Position numbers and translations under genes: made by a program. Source: a virus (taxonomy: Duplodnaviria; Caudoviricetes). From it: a DNA stretch of 64,000 nucleotides. The DNA lies in the IMG/VR virus record IMGVR_UViG_2630968332_000001, positions 1 through 64,000 of that record; one strand, given 5' to 3'. The notes beneath the pieces were generated by a model, which worked only from the letters and a program-made list of their open reading frames with translations, did not search any database and had not been told where the DNA came from. Position 1 is the stretch's first letter, and each line of letters begins with the position of its first letter. Shown piece by piece: positions 48,700-58,721 of the stretch.

Positions 48700-49257
48700 A
48701 TGGTTTACAATTCTAAACCACTTAGAACACAAGCCCAGATAGATGATGTGTTATTCTATTTAAGACGAACTCGTTATCCAGAACGTGATACATTCTTATT
48801 TTTGATTGGAATTAACACTGGGTTAAGATGTTCTGACATAGTGAAACTCAAAATAGGTACTTTAAGACATTCCAAGCGACCAGAAATCACAGAGAAGAAA
48901 ACTGGTAAAAAGAGAACGTTATTCCTAGACAATGTGCAAGATATTGTGCGTGATTATATCGAAGGCAAAGATGATAGTGAGTGGGCATTCCCATCTAGCT
49001 ATGATAAGAGCAAACATATAACGGTGCAGAATGTATATAAACTATTCAAACGAATTGATAATGAATTAGGTGGAATAGGTTTTACCACACACTCTATGAG
49101 AAGGACGTTCGGTTTGTGGTATTATCGTAAGACTAAAAACATATATTACTTGATGGAGTTGTTCAATCATTCCAGTCAAACCATCACCATGAGATATATC
49201 GGTCTTACGGAAGATGAGTTAGGGGACTCTTTAGAAGGGTTCAGAATAGGGTATTAA
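48700..49257 (+). CDS. Small tyrosine recombinase (catalytic domain only)
   Basis: TGLRCSD, EKKTGK, HSMRRTF, FNHSS, TMRYIG. Confidence 0.92.
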   Translation: MVYNSKPLRTQAQIDDVLFYLRRTRYPERDTFLFLIGINTGLRCSDIVKLKIGTLRHSKRPEITEKKTGKKRTLFLDNVQDIVRDYIEGKDDSEWAFPSSYDKSKHITVQNVYKLFKRIDNELGGIGFTTHSMRRTFGLWYYRKTKNIYYLMELFNHSSQTITMRYIGLTEDELGDSLEGFRIGY

Positions 49258-49315
49258 ATAACCCCTATATAATAGGTAGAGTTTTTTCAAAAATTAAGAA
49301 GGGTAGGTAATTAAT

Positions 49316-49417
49316 ATGCGTGATTTGGTTGGTTGCGTAGGTTGTTTGTTCTATATTATTTTAGCTATTTTTAGTATTGGATTGATTATGTTTTCATTCA
49401 TTGAGATGAGTTTGTAG
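49316..49417 (+). CDS. 33-aa hydrophobic peptide
   Basis: MRDLVGCVGCLFYIILAIFSIGLIMFSFIEMSL with RBS. Confidence 0.5.
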   Translation: MRDLVGCVGCLFYIILAIFSIGLIMFSFIEMSL

Positions 49418-49695
49418 ATGTGTTATAATATAGGTAGCTAATCTGCACAGGAAGATTAGTTTCAAAAGAATATTAAATCGAGTTAAAACTCGTAGTCCCG
49501 CAGCAGTGTGGGGCTTTTTCTTTACAAGCAGATATATTAGTGCTATTATAAACTTGTATGAAGTATAAATTCATAATCTTGTTTTGTGAGATTACTTGAG
49601 CGAGCCTTTCACTTCCACTATTGTTAGGCTTGCTTTTTGTTTATATAAAAAGACCCACCGAAGTGAGTCTTAAGTTTGACATCTAAAACGCTGTA

Positions 49696-49782
49696 TCAAC
49701 GTTTCTTAAAGACGTCATACAACCAGTTTGCAAGCAAACCAGTTATTACACCTATTGCTAGGTTTGTGAGAATGGTAAACAA
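49696..49782 (-). CDS. Type I toxin-like peptide (Fst/Ldr-like)
   Basis: MFTILTNLAIGVITGLLANWLYDVFKKR; SD sequestered in hairpin aaggga-gtgt-tccctt. Confidence 0.7.
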   Translation of the reverse strand: MFTILTNLAIGVITGLLANWLYDVFKKR

Positions 49783-50008
49783 AAGGGAACACTCCCTTCT
49801 TGTGCGTAATTAGAGTTTGGTAGGCTCTAGCACAATATCTATTATACCATTAATTTTGACTTAATGTGCTATCCATAGTATAATACAGTTGAGAATGGTA
49901 ATCATAGCAGTGGGAACACTCTTTATGATTTCGGGGCTGGTAACCCCATTTATGACGATTTGGGCGGGACTTAGTTCCGTCCTTTTGTTTATTCAGAGGT
50001 GATTTTAG

Positions 50009-50347
50009 ATGGAATATATGGGCGAAATTCATGCAGATATTGTCAATCAAAGCAATGACTACAATGTTAATTGGTATGTCACACGCAACAATTTTGGCAG
50101 CTTTAATGGCTATGCTGAATTACCAGATGACTGGCATGATGGTGATGAAGATGATTTGCTAGTGCATGGTGGAGTAACATTTCGTGGTAAGTTAAATGGT
50201 GTAGAAGTAATAGGCTTTGACACAACAGATGAGTTAGACTATGACATGAGATGGTCTTTGAATGAGGTAGTGCGTGAAACCAAAGAGAGATTGGCACGTG
50301 GAGTAGATGATAGTATAACATATAGAAGAAGTCAAAAGGCTAGGTAA
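50009..50347 (+). CDS. Conserved phage hypothetical protein
   Basis: NGY...VHGGVTF...IGFD motif. Confidence 0.75.
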   Translation: MEYMGEIHADIVNQSNDYNVNWYVTRNNFGSFNGYAELPDDWHDGDEDDLLVHGGVTFRGKLNGVEVIGFDTTDELDYDMRWSLNEVVRETKERLARGVDDSITYRRSQKAR

Positions 50348-50354
50348 GACAAAT

Positions 50355-50385
50355 AAGACCCGCACCGTAATAGTGTAGGTCTTTT
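50355..50385. terminator. Bidirectional terminator at the transcription convergence
   Basis: aagacccgcac-cgtaata-gtgtaggtctt with A/U flanks. Confidence 0.7.
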
Positions 50386-50635
50386 ATTGTATTGTCAACT
50401 TATTTTATTTATCTAGTTTACATAAGATACGTTATCGAAAGTATAACAAAGTTGGAAAATACATAAAAGTTTATATCATAACAATCATATAATTAGATGT
50501 CGCATACACGCATTTTAAGGTATATTTGTGATGGTTCGTCTGTTTAATGTTCTGAACTCGTGCTTAGAATGCGTCTGTCAGCACCTAAACATAATAAAAT
50601 AAGGTATTAACCCACTACGAGCCAATACCTTATAC

Positions 50636-51301
50636 TTATTTACTACTTGCTTTTCCTATTCTATCAACGATTTCTTCAACTGGAGTATTTTTGTTGTCAA
50701 CGTCTTTTGTAACAGCAGTTTTTAGTCTACCCAACTTCCAATGAAATCTACATAGTGATGTATATTCTTCATCACCTATTACCACTTGTTCACCATTGGT
50801 TACTTGCTTACCATCTACTAACCTTGCATTCATTGTGGCTTTGCGTTGGCATGTTGGGTTTGCACAAACTGTTTTGATTTCTTCCAGCTTATCTGCATAC
50901 TTTAATAACGCTTCTGACCCCTCGAATAACTCACCACGAAAATCAGTCTTTAAACCATAACAGATAACTGGCATATTATAATAGTCTACTATTCTGCAAA
51001 GGTCATGCACATTACTCTTTGATAAGAACTGTGCCTCATCAACTAAAACACAGCTAAGTTTATCTTTGTCTTGAGCGTTCTTATACACCACATTAACCAA
51101 GTTATCATCTGCATTGATAGCAATAGCGTCTTCTGACAAACCAATACGACTAGCAACCGTTCCAACACCATCACGTGTATCTAAGGCACTTGTCATAATA
51201 ATAACCTCTTTACCCTGTTCTCTATAATTATGAGCTGTTTTGAGTAATTCGATACTCTTACCACTGTTCATAGTGCCATACTTAAAGAATAGTTGAACCA
51301 T
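50636..51301 (-). CDS. tdk: Thymidine kinase
   Basis: YGTMNSGKS, VDEAQFL, YGLKTDF, CRFHW. Confidence 0.95.
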   Translation of the reverse strand: MVQLFFKYGTMNSGKSIELLKTAHNYREQGKEVIIMTSALDTRDGVGTVASRIGLSEDAIAINADDNLVNVVYKNAQDKDKLSCVLVDEAQFLSKSNVHDLCRIVDYYNMPVICYGLKTDFRGELFEGSEALLKYADKLEEIKTVCANPTCQRKATMNARLVDGKQVTNGEQVVIGDEEYTSLCRFHWKLGRLKTAVTKDVDNKNTPVEEIVDRIGKASSK

Positions 51302-51645
51302 TATTCAGCCACCTCTTTACTTGCAAGGAGCTTGTCAATTTCATCTTTTTCAATACGTACAATACGTGTATCTTTTTCAACCCATTCTTCAAATTCCTTA
51401 CGTTTGAAACCAGAATGAGAACGGAAACGATTATCTCCGTCTACTTCATCAAAACGTGAAGCGTCAAATACAATAACTGTACGTGATGTTTGTTCAAATA
51501 CAGGATATAAGAAGTCTGCTACGAATACTAAACCATCATAGCTCTTAGGTAAGCCTGTATCTTCATCATACTTAATGTTTTCGTAAATGTCTTCTTTTGG
51601 ATAAATGTAATATAAAATCTTGTAATCGTTGTTTTCTTCTGTCAT
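51301..51645 (-). CDS. Hypothetical protein
   Basis: Coupled to tdk. Confidence 0.7.
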   Translation of the reverse strand: MTEENNDYKILYYIYPKEDIYENIKYDEDTGLPKSYDGLVFVADFLYPVFEQTSRTVIVFDASRFDEVDGDNRFRSHSGFKRKEFEEWVEKDTRIVRIEKDEIDKLLASKEVAE

Positions 51646-51904
51646 TAATTCACCTTGCTTTATGTTTAATTAGAATCCTAACTTGAATGCTGCATTGAGA
51701 ATATCAACTGTCTTAGCATTTTGTAACTTAACTCGACTACCATTTGCTAATGTAATTGTGTTAATTCCTTTTGATTTCATGAATTTCTTTACTTGTGCTT
51801 TTAATCCTGTCATATTATTTTCTCTCCATTCTTTGTATAATAAAAGTCAGCTATTGCTGCTGACATGTTTTTTCTTTTATAATTAATTTAGAGTCGCATT
51901 GTTA

Positions 51905-52213
51905 TTAACTAGGAACTCTATTCCATTCTACCTCGGTATATACACGAACCATTTTACGAACCTTATACGGTTGTTCATATTCGTATGAGTTAGTAGATTG
52001 GTTATATAACCCTGTAATATCAAAAGCATATCCATAATCTTGATTAGCAAAATTAGGAACGACAATGATTTCATAATCATTATCTTCTATGCTAGAGATT
52101 AATGGGCTGTTATCTAACTCACCGTCATAATAAGCATTTACAATGTATTGCTTATCTGAATTGTTTAGCTCTTTTCCCTTATGCAACTTGTTAAATATCT
52201 TCTCTAGGCTCAT
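51905..52213 (-). CDS. Hypothetical protein
   Basis: Coupled ORF. Confidence 0.7.
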   Translation of the reverse strand: MSLEKIFNKLHKGKELNNSDKQYIVNAYYDGELDNSPLISSIEDNDYEIIVVPNFANQDYGYAFDITGLYNQSTNSYEYEQPYKVRKMVRVYTEVEWNRVPS

Positions 52214-52731
52214 TAAAATTCTAAATCCTTTTCTGTTGCCTTTTCTGCTTCCTCTTTATCTACTTCTTTTACTATCTTTTTCCAGAGTAGATTAAAAAAA
52301 TGGTTGCCTAATTCTTCTGCATATTTTTCTGTATCTAATCCGTCAATATCACTACTATTCTTTTCCATGTAGTCTTGAACAATAGCTGTATATAAGCGGT
52401 TATTGATTATTTTAGCTACTTCTTTGTCACCGTTTTCTGTATCGAAATTAAGTAAATCGTCAATAGCTTGGTCTACATCAATATGTTCTTGATATTTCAA
52501 TGGGACTTTTACGTCCTTTTCATCGTCTGTACTATCATCTTCAACCTTTTCATTGTCTACTGCATAGCCAGCAACTTGTTCTAAATTAAACATAGCATGA
52601 CGTTTTTTCATTACAGTTTGTCCATAATAATCAAATTCAAGAATTTCATTGTATTTATCACCACTAACGTTTTCTACGTCCATAAAGTGATATGTAGCAC
52701 CATTTTGTAAAAATACTGTTAATTCAGCCAC
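52213..52731 (-). CDS. Acidic hypothetical protein
   Basis: AAGGA RBS. Confidence 0.7.
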   Translation of the reverse strand: MAELTVFLQNGATYHFMDVENVSGDKYNEILEFDYYGQTVMKKRHAMFNLEQVAGYAVDNEKVEDDSTDDEKDVKVPLKYQEHIDVDQAIDDLLNFDTENGDKEVAKIINNRLYTAIVQDYMEKNSSDIDGLDTEKYAEELGNHFFNLLWKKIVKEVDKEEAEKATEKDLEF

Positions 52732-52760
52732 TATAATTCCTTCTTTCTATTTAAGTTAAT

Positions 52761-52828
52761 AACCCCATTGAGTACTCGAAACTCATGTCTAACCACCTAG
52801 CAGCAACGATAGGTTATAGAATAGGGTT
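52761..52828 (-). ncRNA. tRNA-like mini-element (minus strand)
   Basis: aacccta/tggggtt stem, tgagt-TTCGAGT-actca T-arm. Confidence 0.6.
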
Positions 52829-53053
52829 TGCATTTGCTCCACCTACGATACGAAAAAGTTACGAAGATGTTAGTAGTTTATGAAATTAGACGGGCAAACA
52901 ATCGTAAAATGCACCGCCTTTCCATAAGATTTTAGTTTAATGTGTAGGTGGAGTAATAACAGAATTGTACCTACTGATTAAGTTATTTAGTTTTTATTTG
53001 GTAGTTTCCTACCTATAACCTACCAGCCTTTTACAACTGATAGGTTTACAATT

Positions 53054-53611
53054 CTAGTCTTTTAAATCAGCCTCTTTGACAAACACACCGTCAATCATTT
53101 TACCTTTACGGTCTTTGATTTCGTTGTATGCCATCTCTAATGTTTCTTCCAAAGTAGTGTTGTATTCCTTAGCAATGTCATGCAAGCATTCCATAACACG
53201 TTCTACTGAAAGATGTTCAAGTTGAATAGGTCGGTTTCTGTTGTATGCACTGATAATTCGTGAGCTACTGAAAACTAAGTAATTGAACACTTTGTTTACG
53301 TCAAAGCTCCCCTCTTCCTTATGTTTTTGGGCAAGGTCATCATACTCAGTCCAGAAACTACCTTCTTCTTCAACTTGTTTCTTAAAGTCGATACCACGAA
53401 TTAAACAATAGATAATTAAGGTTACTTGATAATCACCTAAGCTATCTTTTACCCCAGAGTCACCATTGATGTTTTCTTCCAACATAGCTAACCCTAACTC
53501 GCCTTGTTCTTCAATTAACTTACTATATTGAGTACGTGCCTCAACAGTATCTAAACCCCTATCCTTAGCCCATTGCTCTACTTTATTTAATAATTCCAAA
53601 TATTCCATCAA
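53054..53611 (-). CDS. MazG-like NTP pyrophosphatase
   Basis: WAKDRGL, KLIEEQGEL, DSLGD, AYNEIKDRKG. Confidence 0.88.
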   Translation of the reverse strand: MMEYLELLNKVEQWAKDRGLDTVEARTQYSKLIEEQGELGLAMLEENINGDSGVKDSLGDYQVTLIIYCLIRGIDFKKQVEEEGSFWTEYDDLAQKHKEEGSFDVNKVFNYLVFSSSRIISAYNRNRPIQLEHLSVERVMECLHDIAKEYNTTLEETLEMAYNEIKDRKGKMIDGVFVKEADLKD

Positions 53612-54022
53612 TTAAACCTCCAAAGCGATTTCTTCTGTTTCTTCATCAACCTTAATGATAGGTTTTGTTTTACCTCTTTCATCAACAAAATCTCTAAACT
53701 CATCTACTGAATTAAATTCCAACAGCTTATTATTGTCTAAGATAACCGTTGGTGCGTCAATCATATCATTACGTGTTTTTAGTTCAGCCACATATGTTAC
53801 AGGTACAGAACCCTTAATCTTTACACGCAAAGCAAATGCTCTTACGTTGTCATTTTGTTTGTCTGTAAACATCGCATGAATTGATTTGATTACATCGCCC
53901 CTAACACCATAAGATGAAGGCTTGTAACCATATTCAGCTGCAATGTCTAAGACTTGATTGTACCTGTCTAATAGTTCCTTACGTACTTCTGTACCACAAA
54001 ACTTAGATGATGTCATTGTCAT
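53612..54022 (-). CDS. Hypothetical protein
   Basis: GAGG RBS. Confidence 0.7.
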   Translation of the reverse strand: MTMTSSKFCGTEVRKELLDRYNQVLDIAAEYGYKPSSYGVRGDVIKSIHAMFTDKQNDNVRAFALRVKIKGSVPVTYVAELKTRNDMIDAPTVILDNNKLLEFNSVDEFRDFVDERGKTKPIIKVDEETEEIALEV

Positions 54023-54671
54023 TTACCTCGTTTTCATCTACCCAGATTACGTTTAATTCTTGTGCGAACTCATCTGTCTTAGGTAATTCAATTACTTCTG
54101 AAAATTTTAAGTAATCAGATGTGTTATTGCGAATAAAGTAAGCGTGAGTAGCTTTACGAGTTAAACTATCACATTGAATAGCAACACCATTCATGCCACG
54201 AATAGCCATATTAAAGATTAAGAATGGCAATGCTCGGTCTGATAGTTCTTCTGCTTGATACCAGTAAGCACGAGGGTCATAAGTCATTAATTGGGCTAGT
54301 GGCAATTCACTTGCTACTGGGTTATAAATTCTATCTTTTTGCCATTTAGCAACTAAGATACTACCTGTACCAGCAGCTGGTTCATAGTAAATGTTGTCGT
54401 CCTTATCTTCGCCACTGATTAGTGCATTGAGCAATTTAGCAACGGAATCTGGAGTAAAATCTTGTTTCTTTGATTTTCTTTCAGCTTGTTCCTTTTGGAA
54501 ATACTCTCTGAACCAATCACGACTTACATCTGTTTCCACTTTCAAGAAACGCTTAAACATTTCTTCACGTTTCTTATCATCTAACATGACGTCCATCACC
54601 TTTTGTGGTGCTTTATAAGCGTCATTTACACCCAACAATTCATTAATTTCTTTTACACTAAACTTTTTCAT
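54003..54671 (-). CDS. N6-adenine methyltransferase-like protein (SAM-binding part)
   Basis: QDFTP, YEPAAGTG; no NPPY motif seen. Confidence 0.75.
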   Translation of the reverse strand: MKKFSVKEINELLGVNDAYKAPQKVMDVMLDDKKREEMFKRFLKVETDVSRDWFREYFQKEQAERKSKKQDFTPDSVAKLLNALISGEDKDDNIYYEPAAGTGSILVAKWQKDRIYNPVASELPLAQLMTYDPRAYWYQAEELSDRALPFLIFNMAIRGMNGVAIQCDSLTRKATHAYFIRNNTSDYLKFSEVIELPKTDEFAQELNVIWVDENEVNDNDII

Positions 54672-54890
54672 GGTTTAGCACCTCCAAAGTATTGTTAAAA
54701 ATTCTCGGCACGAATTAACGGTATGTGCCTAAGCCCCACCACGCTCTCAAAAACGTGTGATAGCTCAAATCTGCTAATGTAAGGCGATTGACGTGACTAA
54801 TAAAGTACAATCCATTCATACCTTATTTTATATTGGTAGATTTATCTACCTATGACCTATTAACCTTTTACAATTAATAGACCCAGTGCA

Positions 54891-55403
54891 TTACTGTAAG
54901 GCTAACGCTGAACCATGCCCAAAACGTGCCACAACAGCACTACATAATGCTAAGAACAAATCATCAGCAAATGTATTTACTTTACCATCTTCGTTATCAA
55001 GTTTCTTAGCTAACCCTAGCTTAACCTTGTCACCTAAACCAAAATTGGAACTTGAGATAGTACCGTATAGCTGTGTAATATTGAACGCTAAGGCTTCGTC
55101 AACACCAAACATACCTAAGTCATTTGCAATGATAGTATGCAATACTGGTGTTAATTTGTTTTCTGCTGCTAGGTTATCTAATTCAAACCCAATAGCTAAG
55201 ATATTAAGCACTTCACGTTTCTTTAACACGTTCTTTAATTCACTACCAAATTGTTCTACTGTAACATCTGGATAGTATTCGTGTTGTAATTCGTAGGCTA
55301 CTTTACCTACTTCGATTTCATTAATGCCACGCTTGTCTAACTCTTGCATAACAAAATCATACAATTCTTTATCTGGGTACTTTACACCTTTAGTTGCTAC
55401 CAA
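54891..55403 (-). CDS. pgpA: Phosphatidylglycerophosphatase A (YutG-like)
   Basis: KREV, ELD, FGVDE, NFG, TFADD. Confidence 0.85.
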   Translation of the reverse strand: MVATKGVKYPDKELYDFVMQELDKRGINEIEVGKVAYELQHEYYPDVTVEQFGSELKNVLKKREVLNILAIGFELDNLAAENKLTPVLHTIIANDLGMFGVDEALAFNITQLYGTISSSNFGLGDKVKLGLAKKLDNEDGKVNTFADDLFLALCSAVVARFGHGSALALQ

Positions 55404-55787
55404 ATAATCACCTCCGTTTATTCTCTAGGCTTTTAATTACATTTATTATAATATCACACAAAAACAAAAAGTCAATACATATTCACAAAAAAATGAACAT
55501 GTTTTGACTTTCTTCTAATTATTTAATTAATCATCATCTTCAAACAACCATTCTTGTTCTTCTTCTTGAATTGAACGTAGGTAGCTTGTATCATCAAAAT
55601 CTACAAAGTTATCTATGCAACCATCTTCCTTATTTTGTAATGTTATGGTATACTAAAAACATTAGAGGGAATAAATTACCGCCCTTTAATTCTTAATTTT
55701 TGTTTTTTGTTAAAAATTCTTTTAAAGAACAGAAGGTTTACCCGACTTTCTGTTTTTTTTATTTGCCATAATTTCTTATTTTTTGTA

Positions 55788-56072
55788 TTATAAAACTAAG
55801 TTTTTATTAAGCTCGTTTTGTTGCTCATTATATAATTTGATGAAATCTTCAAGGTTATTCATGTACTTATAAACCTTGTCGTCAGAAACCATATTATCTG
55901 GTATAGCTGTGGAGTCTGATACAAACTCACTATACTTGATTTGTGGTTCTTTCTTTAATCTAATCTTTGTTTCATACAAATCAGCCACATCATTGCTAAC
56001 ATAATGATATACGTATGTATTATTAGCTTGTGGTGAGTATGCTAAAATGTGTGTGTATTTGATATTAATCAT
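55788..56072 (-). CDS. Hypothetical protein
   Basis: AAAGGA RBS. Confidence 0.65.
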   Translation of the reverse strand: MINIKYTHILAYSPQANNTYVYHYVSNDVADLYETKIRLKKEPQIKYSEFVSDSTAIPDNMVSDDKVYKYMNNLEDFIKLYNEQQNELNKNLVL

Positions 56073-56232
56073 TCCTTTCTATTACTCCCAAGTAAAACAT
56101 AAACCCCACCATCACGATAACGGTTTAATGTTATTATATTTGTTATGTTGCGTTTGTATATTTCTTTAAAGAATATCTTGAGATATATTGGAACGTCATT
56201 TTTCTCTTTGGTTTTATTTGGATAATCACCTA

Positions 56233-56730
56233 TTACCATTCAAAAATCACCCACGTTTCATATTCATCTTCTTTACGCTCACCGTCTTCGTATACGAGGT
56301 CTTTTAAATATTCTTTGGAAGATACTCCTATTCCCATAGTTCTACCTAGTTCACTTAGTACTTCTACTAAGTCATCTATATCAACACCACCAAAACCTTT
56401 ATCTTTCAGTATATTTTTCACATCTTCTTCTGAAACGGTATAACGAAAACGACCGTTGTTTGCTTCCTCCCGTAGTTGTTCTTTTGTATTATTAAATACT
56501 ATTTCTGCGTAATGTTTATATTGGTCTTCTCTTATTTCTCTCATTTTCTTTAGTTTTTCCATGTACTCTTCATGTATAGGTGTTGCTATTTCTCTTAGTT
56601 CCTTGCCCAATGTCTTTGGTTGTGGCTTAGGAGCGATAACTGGCGATTTCCCTTCTTCTGGTAGAACACCTTTATTGCCACCATAGCAATTACCACCACA
56701 AACACGCTTTTGTTCTTTCTTAAACCACAT
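56233..56730 (-). CDS. Hypothetical protein
   Basis: Coupled ORF. Confidence 0.7.
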   Translation of the reverse strand: MWFKKEQKRVCGGNCYGGNKGVLPEEGKSPVIAPKPQPKTLGKELREIATPIHEEYMEKLKKMREIREDQYKHYAEIVFNNTKEQLREEANNGRFRYTVSEEDVKNILKDKGFGGVDIDDLVEVLSELGRTMGIGVSSKEYLKDLVYEDGERKEDEYETWVIFEW

Positions 56731-57011
56731 TAATTATCACCCAACTCAAATTCTACATTTTCAACGTGTTTGTAAGCGTCAAAATATAGCTCATTCTTGT
56801 CGCCATTATATGTTACTTCGTAATACATACCGTCTTCTATTGTGGTAGATAATAGTGCTTTGTTGTTTTGCAGCGTTCTGTTCAACCACACCACATACAC
56901 ACTATCGGTAGTAATAGCAACTGATGATTTAGTATTGGTTACATTAATTCCATTGTTATTGTAATCAACTACTTTTTCTTTACATAATTCTACAAATTCT
57001 TTATTATCCAT
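56730..57011 (-). CDS. Conserved phage protein (DUF6275-like)
   Basis: VYVVW...LQNNKALLST...YYEVTYNGDK.E.Y.DAY. Confidence 0.75.
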   Translation of the reverse strand: MDNKEFVELCKEKVVDYNNNGINVTNTKSSVAITTDSVYVVWLNRTLQNNKALLSTTIEDGMYYEVTYNGDKNELYFDAYKHVENVEFELGDN

Positions 57012-57012
57012 A

Positions 57013-57375
57013 TTAATCTCTCCAACCTATTTCTAAATATCTTTCGTTATCCACATAATACACATCAGATAGGTATAAACTCTCATGATTTTCGATAGTT
57101 TCTTTTAGTTTATATTGTACTGACTCATTAAGTGTAGAGCGATTTAATGGGGTAAAAAGTATACTGTGCACCATTCCATAATTTCGTATCGGACTTGTCA
57201 TATTCTCAACAAAATCACTAATGTACTTGTCAGATACGGTTACATATGCTTCGTCATCATTACAATCTACACCCAAACTGATAAGAGTGCGTATACTATC
57301 TTCTATCACGCTCATGATATTATCTACACACCCTTTTACTTTCTTGTCATATTCACGTTCCATACTACTTTTCAC
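57013..57375 (-). CDS. Hypothetical protein
   Basis: Coupled ORF. Confidence 0.65.
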   Translation of the reverse strand: MKSSMEREYDKKVKGCVDNIMSVIEDSIRTLISLGVDCNDDEAYVTVSDKYISDFVENMTSPIRNYGMVHSILFTPLNRSTLNESVQYKLKETIENHESLYLSDVYYVDNERYLEIGWRD

Positions 57376-57745
57376 CCAATATATCTTTCATATCATCTTC
57401 CATTTGGTTAGTAATTTCTTCTAATCTATCTGTCATACTTTCAACAGATTTGCTTGCTGTATCAACACGCAATGCAAGTAATCTGAATACTCTCCATGCC
57501 CAAATGATATTGTCAAGAACATACATAGCTAATTTAATAACTAAGAACATAACAGTATAAGTTACAAATAAACCTAATGTATGCCATGAAATAACCTTGT
57601 CTACAATGAACCATGAATAGTTGTTTAAAATTAAATATGTGTTAATTGCTAAAAATATAACCACACTCAACCAGCTGAAAACTCGTGGGTGCTTTTCTTC
57701 AAACGTATATAATTCACGTTTTCCTTCATCTACAAAATCAAACAT
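57365..57745 (-). CDS. Membrane protein
   Basis: Two TM helices; GGAGG RBS. Confidence 0.7.
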   Translation of the reverse strand: MFDFVDEGKRELYTFEEKHPRVFSWLSVVIFLAINTYLILNNYSWFIVDKVISWHTLGLFVTYTVMFLVIKLAMYVLDNIIWAWRVFRLLALRVDTASKSVESMTDRLEEITNQMEDDMKDILGEK

Positions 57746-57758
57746 TAATCTGCCTCCA

Positions 57759-58199
57759 TTACTTTCTCTTTTCCCATACTAATTTAGCTTGCTTTACTAA
57801 TTCTTTATCGTCCAACATCTTGTCAGAACGCACATAGTCAAAGCAACTCGAGTAATCGGGATGTATACAATCTTCTAATGCCGACATGAAACTGTCATAT
57901 ACACCGTTGTCCTCTGTGTATGTTGCTTTTTTGAACAGCATATTGAACTTAAATCCCAAGATTAAAATTAAGGCAACCAAAACACAGGAGAGCAAATAGT
58001 ACAAGAAATATAGTGGGATAATAGGAGCTGAAATATACCAGTTGATAGTTGTTTTTGTCATCATCCTGTAAGCATAATCCCCATTTTTACTCCACTTAGT
58101 AGGCTTAGTCGAAACATATAATTTGTTCTTACCTACAAGTCCATACCTCTTTGCTGTTACGTATAGGTATCTCTCATTTCTGTAATTGATACTTCTCAT
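57759..58199 (-). CDS. Membrane protein
   Basis: Central TM segment. Confidence 0.7.
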   Translation of the reverse strand: MRSINYRNERYLYVTAKRYGLVGKNKLYVSTKPTKWSKNGDYAYRMMTKTTINWYISAPIIPLYFLYYLLSCVLVALILILGFKFNMLFKKATYTEDNGVYDSFMSALEDCIHPDYSSCFDYVRSDKMLDDKELVKQAKLVWEKRK

Positions 58200-58684
58200 T
58201 ACTTCACCTTTCTTTCAAAAGTCGTAATTGTGTCATTGTGCCAGCTACCATGAGCCACCAATAGTATTTCCTGTATCTCAAAACCATATTTCTTACCGAT
58301 ACCACCGCTATTCCAAGCACAACTGATGACATAGCCATCTTGCTTTACAATACGTGCAATCTCACGTTTTTGCTTAGTCCAATAGCTATTTTGTGTGGTT
58401 TCCATATTCACACTCATATCTAGTTTTCTATACGACTCGCTGACTTGTCGTTGTGAATATGGTGGGTCATATAATACTAAATCTACTGAATTGTCTTTAA
58501 TTTGTTTGAGAAAATCTAATGCGTCTAAATGATAGTCTGTATCATATTGTGGGTCTAAATCATTTGTGATAGTCGCTAGTTTATTAGCGTTTGCGAAGGG
58601 GTCAACCACAAGCATATCTTCCTTCAAATACCTGTGAATTAACTCATTGATAGGTTTTATGTTGAATGTATTTTTGTTAGGCAT
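58199..58684 (-). CDS. Adenine DNA methyltransferase
   Basis: DPFA, DPPY; probable CTG start 8 codons upstream (58708). Confidence 0.85.
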   Translation of the reverse strand: MPNKNTFNIKPINELIHRYLKEDMLVVDPFANANKLATITNDLDPQYDTDYHLDALDFLKQIKDNSVDLVLYDPPYSQRQVSESYRKLDMSVNMETTQNSYWTKQKREIARIVKQDGYVISCAWNSGGIGKKYGFEIQEILLVAHGSWHNDTITTFERKVK

Positions 58685-58721
58685 AGCCCATTTTCTATTT
58701 ATTTCCAGTTAATCAGCTCCC

